A stretch of DNA of 55,363 nucleotides from Pseudomonadota bacterium (GTDB lineage: Bacteria; Desulfobacterota; Desulfobacteria; Desulfobacterales; RPRI01). The translations under genes were made by a program, and so were the position numbers. Location of the stretch: the NCBI GenBank assembly GCA_043825875.1, contig JBDRRF010000015.1:1-55363 (forward strand), given 5' to 3'. The notes below the pieces were generated by a model. The model saw only the letters and a list, made by a program, of their open reading frames with translations. It searched no databases and was not told the origin of the DNA. Positions 18,280 to 29,336 of this stretch are shown here, piece after piece; the stretch's first letter is position 1, and each line of letters starts with the position of its first letter.

Positions 18280-20115
18280 TCATTTTTCGGTATTGAGAGC
18301 TTCTTTTATAGATTTTGCGATTTCAAGAGTTATACCGGGCAGAGCGCTTAATTCTTCTATTGCTGCTGCCCTGATTTTTTTTATGCTTCCAAAATGTTTT
18401 AAAAGCATTTCTTTTTTCTTTTTACCGATTCCGTTTATGTCATCAAGAGCGGAGTGAATTGATTTTTTGCGGATTTGCTTTCTATGAAACGATATGGCAA
18501 AATGGTGAGCTTCATCTCTTATTCTTTGAAGAAAAAAAAGAAGTTCTCTTTCTCTTCCAAAGTTAACAGGATTGGATCTGCCGGGCAGATATATTTTATC
18601 TTCTGCTTCGCCTTTGCTTTCATCTTTTTTTGCAATTCCTATAAGTTTAAATTTTCCGGTCAAATTCATATCGCTTAATATTTTTGAAACTATACCAATA
18701 TGTCCTTTTCCGCCATCTATGATAAGAAGATCGGGATATATTATTTCATTATTTATACGGAATCGTCTTTTAAGTGCTTCAGCCATGTAGGCATAATCAT
18801 TGTGTTCTTTTACTGTTCTTATGGAATACTTTCGATACAATGACTTTGCCGGTTTTGCATTTTCAAATACAACCATAGCTGAAACAGGATTAGTGCCCGA
18901 AATATTTGAGTTGTCAAAGCACTCTATTCTTGTCGGTATTCTTTCAATTCCAAGCCGCTTTTGAAGCCGTTCAAGAAGATCGGTTGATGATGTGATTGAA
19001 GATATTATTTTGTGAAGCTCATTTTGTGCATTGTAAAGCGCCATTTTTACAATTTCAAAACGTTCTCCTCTTTGGGGTGCATAGATTCTGACTCTATCTC
19101 CTTTAAGCTCGCTTAACCATTCTTCAATCAAGGAAGCATCATCTATTTCTGATGATACTATTACTTCATCAGGAATAGTATTTACCTTTTCGTAATACTG
19201 TCTGATAAATCCACCCAGCATTTCCGAATCGGAAATAACGGTTTCTTTAAAGTCAAAGTGCCTTGCATCCTGTAAATAGCCGCTTCTAACAGGCAAAAGG
19301 GTAATTACAGAAAGATCGTTGTTTCTTGCCGTTGCAAAGACATCTTTGTCCATAAAATCGGTTGTTACTGCTACCTGTTTTTCAAGAGTTTTTTGAATGG
19401 AAAACATTTTATCCCGGTATGCTGCCGCAAGTTCATAATCCTGTGCCTGTGAAGCTTTTTGCATTTTATCTTTTATATCTTTAATAAGAGCAGGCGTTCT
19501 TCCTTTTAAAAAAAGAATTACTTCTTTTACAGCTTCCTGATACATTGACTGATCTATTTCATTACAGCATGGACCAAAACACATTCCTATCTGGAAATTC
19601 AAGCATGGGCGGGTTCTTTTTTTAAAAGCGCTTGTTGTGCATTTTCTTAGTTTAAAAGTCTTGTGGATAAGCTTTAATGTTCCGCGAACCGCACCAGCCG
19701 AAGAAAAAGGGCCGAAATACATAGCATTGTCGGTTTTGGGTTTTCTGATAACGGTAAGATGCGGATATTTACTTTTTATATCAAGCCGAAGAGACGGATA
19801 GCGTTTATCATCCTTTAAAATCACATTGTATCGGGGTTTATATTTTTTAATAAGATTTGATTCAAGAATCAGTGCTTCTTTTTCGGTTCCTGTAATTATT
19901 GTATCAAAAGATGCGATTTTTTTTATTAAAACGCCGGTTTTTAAATCCATTTGCTGATGGCGGCTTGAATCGGAAGAAACAAAATATGAAGCAAGCCGCT
20001 TTTTTAAATTCAGGGCTTTTCCTACATAAATTATTTCTCCACCGGCATCTTTCATAAGATAAACGCCGGGGCTTGTTGTAACTTCTGATAATTTTTCCGA
20101 TAAAACATTTGGCAT
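18280..20115 (-). CDS. uvrC: Excinuclease ABC subunit C
   Basis: GIY-YIG (PGVYLM..IIYVGKA.NLKKRL), RIECFDNS, DGGKG, RDEAHHFA, HhH C-terminus. Confidence 0.97.
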   Translation of the reverse strand: MPNVLSEKLSEVTTSPGVYLMKDAGGEIIYVGKALNLKKRLASYFVSSDSSRHQQMDLKTGVLIKKIASFDTIITGTEKEALILESNLIKKYKPRYNVILKDDKRYPSLRLDIKSKYPHLTVIRKPKTDNAMYFGPFSSAGAVRGTLKLIHKTFKLRKCTTSAFKKRTRPCLNFQIGMCFGPCCNEIDQSMYQEAVKEVILFLKGRTPALIKDIKDKMQKASQAQDYELAAAYRDKMFSIQKTLEKQVAVTTDFMDKDVFATARNNDLSVITLLPVRSGYLQDARHFDFKETVISDSEMLGGFIRQYYEKVNTIPDEVIVSSEIDDASLIEEWLSELKGDRVRIYAPQRGERFEIVKMALYNAQNELHKIISSITSSTDLLERLQKRLGIERIPTRIECFDNSNISGTNPVSAMVVFENAKPAKSLYRKYSIRTVKEHNDYAYMAEALKRRFRINNEIIYPDLLIIDGGKGHIGIVSKILSDMNLTGKFKLIGIAKKDESKGEAEDKIYLPGRSNPVNFGRERELLFFLQRIRDEAHHFAISFHRKQIRKKSIHSALDDINGIGKKKKEMLLKHFGSIKKIRAAAIEELSALPGITLEIAKSIKEALNTEK

Positions 20116-20121
20116 GACTTA

Positions 20122-22116
20122 TCAGTACTCAAAAACCATCTTTTTCTTTATCGCCATGATATTATCTCTTAGTTCGGCAGCCTTTTCAAAATCCAGTTCC
20201 TGAGCTGCTTTTTTCATTTCTTTTTCAAGGCTGAAAATAATATCGTCGATATTATTTGTGGATTCATATTTTGAAATTATTTCCGATACTTTGTCTGCAG
20301 CATATTTGTCGGAATCGGATGAATATTGAAACAATGGTGTAATTGCTTTTTCAATGCTTAATGGTGTTATACCGTGTTTTTTGTTATATGCTTTCTGGAT
20401 TTTTATGCGCCTTTTTGTCTCGTCAATGGCCTTTTTCATTGAATTGGTTATGACTTCGCTATACATTATTATACTGCCGTTTATATTTCTTGCTGCACGT
20501 CCGCTTGTTTGTATAAGTGATCTTGCCGAGCGAAGAAAACCTTCCTTGTCCGCATCCAGTATGGCTACAAGAGAAACTTCCGGAATATCGAGGCCTTCTC
20601 TTAATAGGTTTATACCGATAAGGACATCGAATATACCTTTTCTTAGATCCTGAATTATTTCCATTCTTTCAAGCGTTCCGATATCCGAATGAAGGTAGCT
20701 TACTTTTATACCCAGATCCGAATAGTATTCGGTTAAATCTTCGGCCATTCGCTTGGTTAAAGTAGTTATCAGCACTCGTTCATTTTTTTGTATTCTTGCA
20801 AGGATCTCTTCGAAAAGATCATCCACCTGGTTTTTGGCGCTTTTTATTTGTATAGGAGGATCTAAAAGCCCTGTGGGTCTTACAATAAGCTCTGCAACCG
20901 ATCCTTTTGCCTTTTCAAACTCAAAATCAGCCGGTGTTGCCGAAACATATATTACCTGAGATATTCTTGATTCAAATTCATCAAACCTTAGAGGCCGGTT
21001 ATCAAGGGCGGATGGAAGCCTGAATCCGAAGTTAACAAGAGTTTCTTTTCTGGATCTGTCGCCTTTATACATTCCATGCAGCTGTGGAACAGTTATATGG
21101 CTTTCATCAATAAACAAGAGGTAATCTTTGGGGAAATAATCCAGAAGGGTAGGGGGGGCTTCTCCGGCTGATCTTCCTGTAAGATGCCGTGAGTAGTTTT
21201 CTATTCCATTGCAGTATCCGATTTCCTGCATCATTTCTATATCAAAATGGGTTCTTTCTTCTATTCTTTGTGTTTCAATATATTTATTTTCATTTCTGAA
21301 AAACTCTATTCTTTCTTTGAGTTCAAACAATATAGTATCAACAGCTCTTTGAAGAGTCATTTTCTGTGTGACATAATGACTGGCCGGAAATATGGCAGTA
21401 CTATTCAAACTTTTTGTAATTGATCCTTTAAGTGGATCAATTTCTGAAATATCTTCAATATCATCACCGAAGAAATTTATACGGATTGCCTTGTCTTCTT
21501 CGTATGCAGGAAATATTTCCACCCTGTCGCCTCTTACCCTGAAGCTTCCCCTGAAAAAATCTATATCATTTCTTTCATAGTGCATTTCTATAAGATTTTT
21601 TAAAAATTTATCCCTGTCGAGTTCCATATTTTTTTCAATATAAACTCTCATTGAAAGATAATCTTCAGGAGCACCGAGTCCGAATATGCATGATACACTC
21701 GCAACAATTATCACATCTCTTCTGGAAAGAACCGAGCGAGTTGCGGAATGCCTTAATTTATCTATCATGTCATTAATGGACGAGTCTTTCTGGATGAAGG
21801 TATCACTGGAAGGAATATATGCCTCAGGCTGGTAGTAGTCGTAATAGCTTACAAAATATTCAACAGCGTTTTCCGGAAAAAGTAATTTGAACTCGCTGTA
21901 TAACTGGGCTGCAAGAGTTTTGTTCGGCGCAATCACAAGAGTTGGTTTGCCGGTGTTAGCAATAACATTTGCCATTGTAAATGTTTTGCCGGAACCTGTT
22001 ACACCTAGAAGCACCTGGTGCTTTTCCCCTGATTCTACGCCTGCACTCAATGATTTTATTGCTTCAGGCTGATCACCCTTGGGAGTGTATTCCGATATTA
22101 ATTTAAAACTATTCAT
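20122..22116 (-). CDS. uvrB: Excinuclease ABC subunit B
   Basis: [32 protein letters not shown]; likely start ATG 22116 just after the cysS stop. Confidence 0.97.
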   Translation of the reverse strand: MNSFKLISEYTPKGDQPEAIKSLSAGVESGEKHQVLLGVTGSGKTFTMANVIANTGKPTLVIAPNKTLAAQLYSEFKLLFPENAVEYFVSYYDYYQPEAYIPSSDTFIQKDSSINDMIDKLRHSATRSVLSRRDVIIVASVSCIFGLGAPEDYLSMRVYIEKNMELDRDKFLKNLIEMHYERNDIDFFRGSFRVRGDRVEIFPAYEEDKAIRINFFGDDIEDISEIDPLKGSITKSLNSTAIFPASHYVTQKMTLQRAVDTILFELKERIEFFRNENKYIETQRIEERTHFDIEMMQEIGYCNGIENYSRHLTGRSAGEAPPTLLDYFPKDYLLFIDESHITVPQLHGMYKGDRSRKETLVNFGFRLPSALDNRPLRFDEFESRISQVIYVSATPADFEFEKAKGSVAELIVRPTGLLDPPIQIKSAKNQVDDLFEEILARIQKNERVLITTLTKRMAEDLTEYYSDLGIKVSYLHSDIGTLERMEIIQDLRKGIFDVLIGINLLREGLDIPEVSLVAILDADKEGFLRSARSLIQTSGRAARNINGSIIMYSEVITNSMKKAIDETKRRIKIQKAYNKKHGITPLSIEKAITPLFQYSSDSDKYAADKVSEIISKYESTNNIDDIIFSLEKEMKKAAQELDFEKAAELRDNIMAIKKKMVFEY

Positions 22117-22120
22117 AAGT

Positions 22121-23563
22121 TTAGGTGTTAAACTTCCATATACTTCCTTCCGGCCTGTCTTCAACTGTAATATCCATACCGGCCAGTTTATCCCTTATCT
22201 GGTCTGCTTTTTGCCAGTCTTTTGCTTTTCTTGCTTCAAATCGTTCTTTTACCAGGACATCGATTAAAGACGGATCAACAGCTTTTATTTCTATTAACTT
22301 ACTTTTTTTCTTATTAAAGTAAAGTTCAGCAGGTTCGGAAAGTATGCCTATTACATCAGCCATTTTGCGGGTGTCAGTATAAATTGAAGAAATTATCGTC
22401 TTTATTTCATCCGGGATTATCTTGCTGTTTTCATCGAGCAGGCGGTTTACATGTCGAATGGCATCAAACATGTATCCTATGCCCTTTGCAGTATTAAAAT
22501 CGTCATCCATTGCATCACAAAACTTTACCCAGTAATTTTCCAAATAATGGGCGGCATCTTTTTCTTTTATATCTTTAAGTTCTCCAATACGTTTTATCGT
22601 GGAGTAGATTTTATCAAGCGCTGCTTCAGATTCTTCCATAGCTTTGTCGTTAAAATCTATCGGGCTTCTGTAGTGATTTGATAGAAGAAAGAGGCGGATG
22701 GAATCAGGATGAAATGATTTAAGCATATCTTTAATCAAAAGAAAGTTGCCAAGAGATTTTGACATCTTTTCATGATTTATATTTACAAAACCATTGTGAA
22801 CCCAGTACTTCGCAAAGGGCTTATCATAAGCGCCTTCCGACTGGGCGATTTCATTTTCATGATGAGGAAAAATAAGATCCTTACCTCCTCCGTGAATATC
22901 AAAAGTTTCACCAAGATAGGTGCTGCTCATTGCTGAACATTCAATATGCCAGCCGGGCCTTCCTTTGCCCCACGGGCTTTCCCAGTAAGGTTCTCCCGGT
23001 TTTTGAGATTTCCACAGAGCAAAATCAAATGGATTTTTCTTTCTTTCATCAATTTCTACTCTTGCGCCTGCTTCCATATCTTCAAGCTTGCGACCGGAAA
23101 GTTTTCCGTAATCTTTAAATTTATCAACTGAATAATATATATCCCCATCTATCCTGTATGCTATCTCTTTTTTTAGCAATATTTCAATTAATGTAATGAT
23201 ATTGTCTATATGCTCAGTTGCTTTAGGTTCTATTGTCGCCCTTTCAATATTTAAGGCATCCATGTCTTCATAAAATTCCTTGATATATCTTTCTGCTACT
23301 TCATGAGAATCAATACCAAGCTGAACAGCGCGGTTTATGATCTTGTCATCAACATCAGTAAAGTTTCTTACATAAGTTACCTCAAACCCGGCTATCTTCA
23401 GATATTTTGAAATAACGTCAAATACTATTACGGATCTTGCATGACCTATGTGACACGAATCATATACTGTAGGGCCGCATACATACATGGTTACCTTGCC
23501 CGGCTTAACAGGCACAAAGGGTACTTTCTTTTTTTCTATTGTATTATATATACGAAGGGACAT
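22121..23563 (-). CDS. cysS: Cysteine--tRNA ligase
   Basis: [29 protein letters not shown]; likely start ATG 23563. Confidence 0.97.
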   Translation of the reverse strand: MSLRIYNTIEKKKVPFVPVKPGKVTMYVCGPTVYDSCHIGHARSVIVFDVISKYLKIAGFEVTYVRNFTDVDDKIINRAVQLGIDSHEVAERYIKEFYEDMDALNIERATIEPKATEHIDNIITLIEILLKKEIAYRIDGDIYYSVDKFKDYGKLSGRKLEDMEAGARVEIDERKKNPFDFALWKSQKPGEPYWESPWGKGRPGWHIECSAMSSTYLGETFDIHGGGKDLIFPHHENEIAQSEGAYDKPFAKYWVHNGFVNINHEKMSKSLGNFLLIKDMLKSFHPDSIRLFLLSNHYRSPIDFNDKAMEESEAALDKIYSTIKRIGELKDIKEKDAAHYLENYWVKFCDAMDDDFNTAKGIGYMFDAIRHVNRLLDENSKIIPDEIKTIISSIYTDTRKMADVIGILSEPAELYFNKKKSKLIEIKAVDPSLIDVLVKERFEARKAKDWQKADQIRDKLAGMDITVEDRPEGSIWKFNT

Positions 23564-23596
23564 TTTTCTCCAATCAATCAAATAATTTCTAACTTT

Positions 23597-23738
23597 GAGC
23601 CACTTTCAAAACGTTTCAGTTTGGTCAAGGTCAAGGCGGGCGAAAATTTTAACCGCAGGAATACATATAGTATTTCGAGGATTAAAATTTTCGCCCAACG
23701 CTGAGATCGGCCAAAATGGGACGTTTTGAAACTGGCTC
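23597..23738. mobile_element. MITE copy 1 (142 bp)
   Basis: TIR GAGCCACTTTCAAAACG / CGTTTTGAAACTGGCTC; flanking 4-bp direct repeat CTTT. Confidence 0.9.
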
Positions 23739-23815
23739 CTTTGTAAAAACTTAAAAACGACTTATTCCGATTCTACCTTCATTAATCAACATTTCATATA
23801 GATAAAATATTATTA

Positions 23816-24283
23816 TTAGTCAATCAAAGCAGTACACATAGCCGCAATACCTTCTCCATTTCCAATGACTCCGAGTCCTTCCGTAGTTGTTGCCTTGACA
23901 TTAACAAGCTCTTTGTCAATACCTGCAGTAAGTGCTATGCTGGCTTCCATATCGGCTTTATAAGGAGATAGTTTAGGCTTTTCGGCAAAAACCGTTAAAT
24001 CAATATTTATTATATTATACCCTTTACTTTTTAACATAGCACAAGTTTTTGCAAGAAGTTTCAAACTGCATATATCTTTATACTCAGGATCTGAATCAGG
24101 AAAATGCATTCCAATATCACCGAGACCGGCAGCTCCTAACAAAGCATCACAAACCGCATGTACAACAACATCAGCATCCGAATGACCAAGCAGTCCTTTT
24201 TCAAATGGGATTAATATTCCGCCGAGAATAAGTTTTCGGTGGTGAGCCAGCTTATGAATGTCATAACCAATACCAATACGCAT
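23816..24283 (-). CDS. ispF: 2-C-methyl-D-erythritol 2,4-cyclodiphosphate synthase
   Basis: MRIGIGYDIH, GHSDADV..HA..DALLGA, DIG.HFPD, NVKATTTEGLG. Confidence 0.97.
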   Translation of the reverse strand: MRIGIGYDIHKLAHHRKLILGGILIPFEKGLLGHSDADVVVHAVCDALLGAAGLGDIGMHFPDSDPEYKDICSLKLLAKTCAMLKSKGYNIINIDLTVFAEKPKLSPYKADMEASIALTAGIDKELVNVKATTTEGLGVIGNGEGIAAMCTALID

Positions 24284-24413
24284 TTAAAATTAACTCCTTA
24301 AATAAATATGAATTTATATGCCAGCACGGCCAAGGCATCATAAATGTTTTTGGACAAATTGTCCACAACGGTATTTATATCATTTCTCAAAATATAGTGG
24401 TGGTCAAATAATA

Positions 24414-24440
24414 AGGCCGGACAACATTTCTGCCCGGCCT
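24414..24440 (-). terminator. Putative intrinsic terminator after the ompA-like gene
   Basis: Minus strand AGGCCGGGCA-loop-TGTCCGGCCT followed by TATTATTT. Confidence 0.6.
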
Positions 24441-24494
24441 CATTGAATTTGACCTTATTTTATTGTGGATAGATAAGGTTGTTTTGTTTTTTTA

Positions 24495-25853
24495 TTAAAA
24501 AATAGGTTTAAGTTCAACCCTGCGGTTTTTTGTCATTCCTTCAACAGTATCATTGGGTGAAGCAGGAACTAAAGGCCCGAATCCTTTGGCTGTAAGTTTC
24601 AAACGATTTACACCTTTTCTTACAAGATATTCTAAAACTGCTTTAGCTCTGTTTTTCGATAGTTTCTGATTAAATTTTATTGAACCACGATTGTCGGTAT
24701 GTCCCTGAATCTCAAACTTCATACCTGGATTATTTATAATAATGGCTACTACATTATCTAAAATCGGAAAAGATTGGGGCAATATGTTCGATTTCGCCGT
24801 ATCAAAATATACTCCTTCAAGTACCCAGCATCCTCTGGAATCTACTTTAGCGGCTTTTGGTGTGTTGGGGCATTTATCCGAAGGATCAAATACGCCATCA
24901 CCATCCGTATCCTGCGGGCATACCTCCGGTGGGCAGCCGTTTTCATCAACTTCAACACCTTTGGGGGTATCGGGGCATTTATCAAGATAATCATATACTC
25001 CGTCACCATCAGTATCCAATGGGCAGCCATCTTCATCAACTTTTACATCTTTGGGGGTATCGGGGCATTTATCAAGATAGTCATATACTCCGTCACCGTC
25101 AGTATCAAGTGGGCAGCCGATTTCGTCAACTTCAACACCTTTAGGCGTATTGGGGCATTTATCAAGATAGTCATACACTCCATCGCCATCAGTATCCGGT
25201 GGGCAGCCATCTTTATCAACTCTTACGCCTTTGGGAGTATTGGGGCATTTGTCAAGATAGTCATATACTCCATCACCATCACTATCTGCTTTGGGCGTTT
25301 CCTTTGCAGCACCGAATATAAAGGATAAACCTGCTGTGCAGAGTAAATTGTTTTGGGACTCATCCTTTCCAAGAGATCCGTAAGGAAGAACGTGTCTTAC
25401 ATCTCCGCGTAATGCCATATTGTCAGTAATAAAGTATTTTAATCCGGCCCCGTAATTAAATAAAAAATCGTTTTCGGCACCTCCTCTGTCCGGATTTAAT
25501 GTAATTCCTCCAACACCAGCTGCAAGATAAGGAACGAGTTTGCCAAAGCTTGTTATATTATACAGACCATCCAATTTATAAAGTAAGCCATCCACATCTC
25601 CACCAATATCATTTCGGTCAGAATTGATGTAGTTGAATGAACCTTCTATATCCCAATTTTCATTAATGCTGTAACCAAGATTTATTCCGTAGGTAATCCC
25701 GTCATCTAATCTCTGGTTTCCTTCAAAAAAGTACCAGCCTATATTTGGTGTAAGTGTAATTGCACCTTTTTTTTCAGCGGCAATACTTAAAGATGCAAAT
25801 AAACTTAGTATGGCAAAAATAGTAATAGTCAGTGTGAAACCCCTTTTCTTCAT
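24495..25853 (-). CDS. OmpA/OprF-family outer membrane protein with thrombospondin type-3 repeats
   Basis: Signal peptide, beta-barrel, five DxDGDGVxDxxDKCP repeats, OmpA_C motifs (GHTD..G...NQKLS..RA, NRRVE); start ATG 25853 behind AGGAGG. Confidence 0.93.
   Translation of the reverse strand: MKKRGFTLTITIFAILSLFASLSIAAEKKGAITLTPNIGWYFFEGNQRLDDGITYGINLGYSINENWDIEGSFNYINSDRNDIGGDVDGLLYKLDGLYNITSFGKLVPYLAAGVGGITLNPDRGGAENDFLFNYGAGLKYFITDNMALRGDVRHVLPYGSLGKDESQNNLLCTAGLSFIFGAAKETPKADSDGDGVYDYLDKCPNTPKGVRVDKDGCPPDTDGDGVYDYLDKCPNTPKGVEVDEIGCPLDTDGDGVYDYLDKCPDTPKDVKVDEDGCPLDTDGDGVYDYLDKCPDTPKGVEVDENGCPPEVCPQDTDGDGVFDPSDKCPNTPKAAKVDSRGCWVLEGVYFDTAKSNILPQSFPILDNVVAIIINNPGMKFEIQGHTDNRGSIKFNQKLSKNRAKAVLEYLVRKGVNRLKLTAKGFGPLVPASPNDTVEGMTKNRRVELKPIF
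24830..25287 (-). repeat. 90-bp intragenic tandem repeats (TSP3-like Ca-binding units)
   Basis: GGGCAGCC recurs at 24931, 25021, 25111 and 25201. Confidence 0.9.
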
Positions 25854-25925
25854 TATGTTCCTCCTTTTTAACAATATTATAAGTAACTAGCTAAAGTATA
25901 ATTAAAAGATTAACGCAAATTGTTA

Positions 25926-26067
25926 GAGCCAGTTTCAAAACGTCCCATTTTGGCCGATCTTTGCGTTGGGTGAAAATTTTAATCCTCGAAATACTCCATG
26001 TATTCCTGCGGTTAAAATATTTCCCCGCCTTGACCTTGACCAAACTGAAACGTTTTGAAAGTGGCTC
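25926..26067. mobile_element. MITE copy 2 (142 bp, opposite orientation to copy 1)
   Basis: Same TIRs; flanking direct repeat GTTA. Confidence 0.9.
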
Positions 26068-26203
26068 GTTACTTAATAAATTTATTATAAGAGATAAGCA
26101 AATTAATGCAAATATAATATTGATGGATTTAGCAAATAAAATCTATCAAATAAAACTATGGCTATAAATCCTATACTATGGTGAGATGTAACAGGCCGAA
26201 CAT

Positions 26204-27628
26204 TTAAGCATGAGCTTTTAACTTAAATGAGGAAATCATAGATCTTTTTGACGATCCTATCAGTGAAGAGGAATATTCTTTAAACCCTGTTTGCAGGTCT
26301 TGCAAGCGCATAAATTTTATTGCCAGTGGAGTTGATGAAAGAGATTTCCAGGCATTAATCGGGTTTATTTTTTTTCTTCTGAAAAATTCGGTTTTGACAA
26401 GAAAATTAATATCACCTTGCACAGGCTGATAATATATATAACCGTTTTTTATTGATACAGGCATGTTCAAGCCATATTCTTTAAGCAGTAACCACGATTC
26501 ATAAGGCTTTGGGTAATGATTAAAGTTCTTGTTAAGAAATTTTATTTCATGATTTTTTATGCTTTTTAAACGGAATCCCTCAATGATAACATTTCTTCCG
26601 AGTTTATTATCAAATGCTGCCATGCCTCCTTTTTGAGGATTATGGGAGTTGTTATTAACAATTTCCATTAGCATTCTATATCCGTCTTTCCCTTTTTTCA
26701 GTGCCAGAGCCAAAGCTTCATGATCCGCTGATTCAATAAGGTATCCTAAATCTTCTACATTATGAGATACTTTATCATCCATTGGCTTTAGCGTTTCTCC
26801 AAATTCATCACTTGTAAGATAGCTCCTTTGTCCTTTGTTGTTAATGATAAAGATCTGATAATCCATAGTTTGTTGCATGGCCAATTGGCCATGGTTATGA
26901 AGCCGTTTGGGTGAAGTTTCGTCATATATAAACCGGCCATTAACAATATTGATGCCGTGATATGCTTCCTGAACCATAAAGAATATATTATCTCTATCAA
27001 AACCAAAAAATCTGTTTTCCATAAATTCATTAATGATTTGATTACTGCTGAGTTCGTTAAGCACTATAAGCATTTTTTGGTTTGAAAGTACTTTTTTGGG
27101 GTCATGATTATACTTTTTTGCAAGTTTGACAATATCGAATGAAAATTGAAGCATATGTCTTGTCCCGAGGGAAAGTGGCAGAAGTTCTTCAGGATAGCAG
27201 CCTGACTGAAGTAAGACTTCTTCTTTAGAAATAGTTACGCCTTTTTCCCTGGAAATTAATTCTGTGATTTTATCAATAGACAGATCTCTTGAAATATTGA
27301 TCAGATATTTAGTGCCAAGGCCAAGTCTGGTCGCTTCTCCGGCAAAAGCGTGTTCTGAAAATAATTTTCCTTCAAAAATACATTGAAACGCTCTAACCCT
27401 GTCAGCATCGGTCAAAAATTTTTTATCCAGAATGCAGACATCTTTCAATTCTTCAAGATCATGGAGGTTTTCATACATGTTAATATCGATTTCGTTTTGT
27501 TCAATTTCATTTATTGAGCCAAAATGGCAAAGATTGTATCTGGCCTGATTCAGACAACATTCGATATAGTCAGTATGATCTCTGAATAAAAATGCGTTAT
27601 CTTTTCTTGCCGGTAAAGCTGAATGCAT
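26204..27628 (-). CDS. Divergent UDPGP/UAP-like nucleotidyltransferase-fold protein
   Basis: AGEATRLGLGTK (cf. AGGxGTRLG..PK), FFMVQ, HNHG, NVEDLG, QKGG in the family order. Confidence 0.55.
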   Translation of the reverse strand: MHSALPARKDNAFLFRDHTDYIECCLNQARYNLCHFGSINEIEQNEIDINMYENLHDLEELKDVCILDKKFLTDADRVRAFQCIFEGKLFSEHAFAGEATRLGLGTKYLINISRDLSIDKITELISREKGVTISKEEVLLQSGCYPEELLPLSLGTRHMLQFSFDIVKLAKKYNHDPKKVLSNQKMLIVLNELSSNQIINEFMENRFFGFDRDNIFFMVQEAYHGINIVNGRFIYDETSPKRLHNHGQLAMQQTMDYQIFIINNKGQRSYLTSDEFGETLKPMDDKVSHNVEDLGYLIESADHEALALALKKGKDGYRMLMEIVNNNSHNPQKGGMAAFDNKLGRNVIIEGFRLKSIKNHEIKFLNKNFNHYPKPYESWLLLKEYGLNMPVSIKNGYIYYQPVQGDINFLVKTEFFRRKKINPINAWKSLSSTPLAIKFMRLQDLQTGFKEYSSSLIGSSKRSMISSFKLKAHA

Positions 27629-27660
27629 AATAAAAATTCCTTTTCATTTCTTATTGCCTC

Positions 27661-28944
27661 TTAATGAAGTCCGTTTATCTCAGGCCGCAGTATGCCAAGT
27701 TTATGCATCTTTGCTCTTAAAGTGCTTGGGTGGAGGCCCAAAATCATCGCGGCCCCGCCCTTTCCATTGATGCGCCATCTGGTTTCGGAAAGTATTTTAA
27801 GAATTTGGGTTCGCACCGTCTCTTCCAGGGTTCTCATGGTAGATGACAATGGGTGGGATGAAATCTCCAGTTTGTCCGCCAGTTGCAACGTAGGACCTGG
27901 GCACAGGATCACGGCCCGTTCAATGATACTTTCCAGTTCCCGGACGTTCCCGGGCCATGGGTAATCCTGCAGCGCCTTCATCGTCTTTTTCCGGATCGAC
28001 GTGATCTGTTTCCCCAGTTTCCTTGAGTATCGCTTTGTGAAGGCATGGGCCAAAAGCGGGATGTCTTCTGCTCGCTGCCGTAACGGAGGGACAGTGATAG
28101 GGAAGACATTGAGCCGATAGTAAAGGTCCTTCCGAAACTGCCCCTTGCGGACATCTTCCTCAAGGTTTCGATTGGTCGTTGCCACGATGCGCACATCGAC
28201 TTTGATAGTATGAGACGAGCCCAGGCGCTCAAACTCGTTATGTTGTATCGCCCGGAGCAGCTTGGCCTGCATCTCCAACGGTAGTTCCCCGATCTCATCG
28301 AGACAAAGGGTGGAGCCATTGGCGATCTCGAACCGGCCTATCTGCCGGTTATCGGCTCCGGTAAATGCCCCCTTCTCCCGGCCGAACAATTCGCTCTCAA
28401 TTAAATTGCCGGGCAGGGTGGCACAGTTGACCGTGATCAAGGGCCTTTCCTTACGGGAACTCATGTCATGGATGGCGGAAGCGATCAACTCTTTTCCTGT
28501 ACCTGTTTCCCCGAGAATGAGGACCGTTGTGTTCGCAGGGGCGACCTGCTCCGCTCGATAGAGGACATAACTTAAGCCGTAGCTTTGGCCGATAATATGC
28601 TCAAATCGATGTTTCATTTTGTTCTCTTGACGGAAGTAAATATTCTTGGTTTCAAGTTGGTCTTTCGTCATTTTAATTTCAGAGAGAGCTGTCCTGAGCC
28701 CGAATGTACACGTCTCTTTCCGGTGTTTTAGTTCGTCATGTGCTTTTTGCAGTGTCTTATCCATCTTCTTGCGCTTTTGTTCCGTCAGATCAGTGACCAT
28801 GCACACCGAACCGTGTATATCCGTGCGCTGAGGGGTACTTGTGGAAAGTAAGACAGGTATAGAATTTTTATCTCCGGACTGAAAGGCAAGTTTCACCTTA
28901 CTGTTCTCCTTATCTCTTTTTCTTGCCGGTAAAGCCGAATTCAT
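27661..28944 (-). CDS. sigma54-dependent enhancer-binding protein (FhlA-like) with truncated sensory region
   Basis: [44 protein letters not shown]-terminal HTH. Confidence 0.92.
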   Translation of the reverse strand: MNSALPARKRDKENSKVKLAFQSGDKNSIPVLLSTSTPQRTDIHGSVCMVTDLTEQKRKKMDKTLQKAHDELKHRKETCTFGLRTALSEIKMTKDQLETKNIYFRQENKMKHRFEHIIGQSYGLSYVLYRAEQVAPANTTVLILGETGTGKELIASAIHDMSSRKERPLITVNCATLPGNLIESELFGREKGAFTGADNRQIGRFEIANGSTLCLDEIGELPLEMQAKLLRAIQHNEFERLGSSHTIKVDVRIVATTNRNLEEDVRKGQFRKDLYYRLNVFPITVPPLRQRAEDIPLLAHAFTKRYSRKLGKQITSIRKKTMKALQDYPWPGNVRELESIIERAVILCPGPTLQLADKLEISSHPLSSTMRTLEETVRTQILKILSETRWRINGKGGAAMILGLHPSTLRAKMHKLGILRPEINGLH

Positions 28945-28960
28945 AGTGTAAAATTCCCTT

Positions 28961-29263
28961 TTATTGATATGCTATTAAGAAGTAAGGATTTTTCTCGGGG
29001 ATTAAATCGTTTGCTTTATCTCCTGTAAACCAACATGAAGCCGGACGTACATCCAGGCTATTAAGACTTTTGCGGAAAACCTCGAGCCCGAAATTGTTGA
29101 TCTGCTTTAAGGCACTGGTATGTACGAATAGCTTGTTAGTATAGCATAACTTATTAATGAAATTTATTAATTCATGTGCTGAATTTCCATCGAAATCGCC
29201 AAATAATTTCAGATGAACATTATCACTGTTTCTAAAAACCTGGATTTTAAAATTCGCTGCCAT
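28961..29263 (-). CDS. STAS-like small protein (paralog A)
   Basis: NFKI...[15 protein letters not shown] pattern shared with 29786-30079. Confidence 0.65.
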   Translation of the reverse strand: MAANFKIQVFRNSDNVHLKLFGDFDGNSAHELINFINKLCYTNKLFVHTSALKQINNFGLEVFRKSLNSLDVRPASCWFTGDKANDLIPEKNPYFLIAYQ

Positions 29264-29336
29264 TATATATTCTCCTTTCGAAGTTGTTTTTTAGTATCAG
29301 ATTTCCAAAAAGTCTTTAGGTAGTATATGAACTTTT

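Noticed and set aside
24830..25287. Regular 90-bp repeats that could be mistaken for a CRISPR array
   Set aside because: They are in-frame coding TSP3 repeats within the OmpA-family gene, with no unique spacers and no cas genes
25961..26167. 68-aa ORF (likewise 53839-54087 and 23441-23704)
   Set aside because: Largely translations of the MITE sequence; no independent coding evidence
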